A stretch of DNA of 64,000 nt. Origin: Adineta vaga (Eukaryota > Animalia > Rotifera). The notes under the pieces were generated by a model. It was not told the DNA's origin. It did no database searches and saw only the letters and a list, made by a program, of their open reading frames with translations. The stretch lies in the NCBI GenBank assembly GCA_021613535.1, contig CP075492.1, positions 14,055,769 to 14,119,768 of the forward strand, read 5' to 3'. The translations under genes and the position numbers were made by a program. This document shows, piece after piece, positions 61,701-64,000 of the stretch. Within the stretch, counting starts at the first letter, position 1. Each line of letters starts with the position of its first letter.

Positions 61701-61883
61701 GATTTTCAATTGGTACTTTCATCAATTAAAACATCACTGGAAGTTATTCTACAACATGAATCTAAACAAGTTGATAACAAAGATTTTGAAATGCTTTCAC
61801 CATTATATAAATCATTGGGAAATGTTCATAGACAATATATGACCAAATTTCATCGAGAATTTCCTGATCGAAATCGAATTTAA
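55729..61883 (+). CDS. DDX60-like DExH-box (Ski2-like superfamily-2) RNA helicase of about 1900 aa in 10 exons: 55729..57210, 57261..57837, 57893..57921, 57978..58072, 58120..58829, 58892..59005, 59055..59593, 59648..60445, 60498..61071 and 61126..61883 (approximate).
   Basis: All junctions were verified by hand as GT..AG with frame continuity. Helicase motif I is split by an intron (IIVAPTASG|gttcgt..(TA)n..acag|KTYASYYAM). Motif II is DEIH ([10 protein letters not shown]). Motif III is SAT (IGLSATVNN). Motif V is split (VFSTATL|gtatgt..tctag|[11 protein letters not shown]). Motif VI is [10 protein letters not shown]. The long N-terminal region (exons 1–4) and C-terminal region are as in DDX60. 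Confidence 0.7.
58868..58888. repeat. (TA)n microsatellite inside the helicase intron 58830..58891.
   Basis: gagatatatatatatatatatatacag. Confidence 0.8.
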
Positions 61884-62446
61884 ACTATTTATCCTATTCA
61901 TATTCATTGACTTATGCTCATGGAAGACTATAATATGAAATGAAGCAGTAATTTTTAGATGATGTCTATTGAAAATGCTTTGTTTTTCTTTTTAATTCAT
62001 TCACTTCGCATTGCTAATCGAATAATTGATATTTCTTAAATCTCTCTTGATAATCAATATGAAACAAAGTAAAGTAAGTAATACGTAATTCGATACTATC
62101 TGTAATAGTCATATTTGTTTCACTGTTGTGAAAATTATAACGAAATATAATATAGAATCGTATGTCTTCGTGAATGTATTGATAGAAAATAAAAAATGAT
62201 GATGTGTCTGTCACCCGAAGAAATATTTGCTATATTTATAATATTTGCGAGTATCATTCAATTTGATCGATGAGGGAGTGAATTTTTATACGATTATATA
62301 ATAAAATCCTTCTTTCTTTCCATTTTTCTTCGTCTAAATTGACGACTGTCAAGAATTTCTATGGAGATAAATAATCATAGAAAAAAATACGTGTTAAAGA
62401 AATATATAAGCTATATCAATCTACTCAACAATATCATTCTTACGAG

Positions 62447-63183
62447 ATGACAACGAATCAACGTCCAAGAATTATTTTAGGCTGTGCAACTATGGGTCCT
62501 TCAGGTACTAATGTTGCCAGAATTACTACTGTAGATGAAACAAGAACAATGTTCAAGATGCTTCGAGCAAATGGTTATATTGAACTTGATACAGTACGAA
62601 TATATAATGATGGCAAACAAGAAGCTTTTACACGAGAAACAGGTGTGCTTAATGAAGGATTTACTATAGCTACAAAAGTATATCCAGTAGAAGCGGGTAT
62701 GCATAAACCAGAGAAATTACGTGAGACATTTGAGATAAGTCTTCGTGAATTGGGTCAACCATCAGTGGAAATATTTTATCTTCATGCACCGGACCGAAGT
62801 GTTCCATTTGAAGAAACGCTTGAAGAAGTCAATAAACTCTATGAAGAAGGTAAATTCAAAATATTTGGATTAAGCAATTTTGCTGCTTGGGAAGTAGCAC
62901 AAATCGTGGAAATATGTATTTTTTCGATGCAATAAATCATATTACAACAGTGATAGAAAAACATGGTCTTACGCTGATTGAAACGGCATTTCGTTGGCTT
63001 GTCCATCATTCAAAATTACGTACTTTCGACGGGGATGGAATCGTTATTGGAGCGAGTAGTGTTGAACAATTAGAATCAAATTTAAAAGATTTACAAAAGG
63101 GACCACTACCAGAAGGGGTCGTTCAAACACTGGATGAGGCATGGCGTATGACTCATGTTATCGCAAAAGCATATTGGAGATAA
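62447..63183 (+). pseudogene. Aldo-keto reductase (AKR7 / aflatoxin-aldehyde-reductase-like) gene lacking the central ~90–100 codons. The N-terminal block (62447..~62910) and the C-terminal block (~62945..63183) are juxtaposed with a frame change, so this is a probable pseudogene or a truncated derivative.
   Basis: N block: RIILGCATMGPSG...ELDTVRIYNDGKQEAF...FYLHAPDRSVPFEETLEEVNKLYEEGKFKIFGLSNFAAWEVAQIVEIC, the canonical AKR start through beta-strand 6. C block: IEKHGLTLIETAFRWLVHHSKL....DGIVIGASSVEQLESNLKDLQKGPLP, the canonical AKR C-terminus. The intervening segment expected from AKR7 (KxNGxxxPTVYQGMYN...NPLAGG) is absent. Only ~30 nt separate the blocks; a possible 35-nt GT..AG element at 62910..62944 would join them in frame but would still leave the barrel incomplete. 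Confidence 0.5.
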
Positions 63184-63420
63184 ACAAACAATTTTGCTTT
63201 CTGTTTCTTTTTCTTTTCCAATATTCTTCAATAAATAGGATGTAGAGAAATTTTTTCTTCGTGTAGACGATCAGAATGATGCTTAGAGAAACGAACAGAA
63301 CGAACTATTTCTCGGTGTTCCGAAGAAGAGAAAAATCAGTCGATAAAATTCTATATTCTTAGTTCATTCTTTACAGAGCATATTTTGCGCCATGTGTTTT
63401 TAAGTTAACGTTAAACTGGA

Positions 63421-64000
63421 AAACAATACAATGGTTACTAAACAAAATACTATTAGTATTCTTAGTTTACCTACTGAACTTCTACATCGAATATGTGACT
63501 TTCTCGATACAAAAACAATCGTTCAATCATTTCGTCATGTGTGTATGAAACTCTTTGCTATTACAGAGACATACAATCGATACAAAATTCGTATTAATTC
63601 AGTTACAATGATAAATATCTGTCGATTTATTCCATCTGAAAATGTTTTGCAATTAGAATTCGAAAACGAACATAGTACAATTACCAACATTCATCGATTT
63701 ACACGACTTCAATCATTAACTATTCATCGTATAAATGTCAATGACGCCAAACTAGTTTTACAACATGCTGCAAGGAATTGTAAACTAATGACATTTTCTA
63801 TCGATTTGGATGGTTTACAAAATATTGATGATTTGTTATATTCAATTTCTGAAATTACTACACAATCTACTCTTCGCAAACTCATCTTAAATTTTGATCT
63901 CGATGATATTGAGAAATTTTCATGGCCACATTCATGTCGAATTACAACTCTTTCGATTGGTACATGTACTTTTAAACAATTCGCATCGATTCTACAAAAT
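63421..64000 (+). CDS. F-box / LRR protein, 5' part only (it continues past the window end).
   Basis: ILSLPTELLHRICDFLDTKTIVQSFRHVCMKLFAITETYNRYK is an F-box, followed by L-rich repeats (LQSLTIHRINVND..LKLMTFSIDLDGLQNIDDL...). Confidence 0.45.

Noticed and set aside
1-64000. Prokaryotic or phage interpretation (operons, defence islands, CRISPR)
   Set aside because: Genes are interrupted by GT..AG introns with frame-restoring junctions and there are no Shine-Dalgarno-spaced operons. The gene content (GPCRs, ENaC, F-box, TRAF, Josephin) is eukaryotic. No direct-repeat/spacer arrays are present.
1-64000. Transposable elements or retroelements
   Set aside because: There is no reverse transcriptase, integrase, transposase or DDE motif in any frame, and no terminal inverted or long terminal repeats were noticed. 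The only repeats are microsatellites, intragenic tandem repeats and the GPCR-locus segmental duplication.

Overview
This window reads as compact nuclear DNA from an AT-rich eukaryote, not a prokaryote or phage. By eye it is roughly 30% GC. Genes are densely packed on both strands and many are interrupted by very short GT..AG spliceosomal introns of about 45–140 nt, whose exon junctions restore clean reading frames. The typical animal genes include a DEG/ENaC channel, an SLC5 symporter, class-A GPCRs, a DDX60-like DExH helicase, a Josephin deubiquitinase, a TRAF-like RING protein and several F-box/LRR proteins. These are mixed with an unusually high density of enzymes whose closest relatives are bacterial or fungal. 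These include a class-C beta-lactamase-fold serine hydrolase, a GT1 sterol-glucosyltransferase-like gene, a bacterial-type PARG macrodomain (DUF2263), a NAGPA-type phosphodiester glycosidase, a PAN+GH128-like glycosidase, a cupin, a GNAT acetyltransferase and an ICMT-like methyltransferase. This combination is the signature of bdelloid-rotifer-like foreign-gene-rich regions, but I cannot confirm the organism from sequence alone. I found no rRNA, tRNA, CRISPR array, transposase or reverse-transcriptase ORF. Structural oddities worth follow-up are these: a tandem in-frame 135-bp duplication carrying a 1-nt deletion that splits a TRAF/LRR gene; a segmental duplication in which one GPCR copy has lost almost its whole CDS; an aldo-keto reductase with its central ~90–100 codons missing; a one-LRR-per-exon periodic gene; and a novel RRM–CCCH–pseudokinase domain fusion. 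All product calls rest on motifs recognised by eye in the translations and no database search was run. The ORF track uses alternative start codons, so true starts are uncertain.
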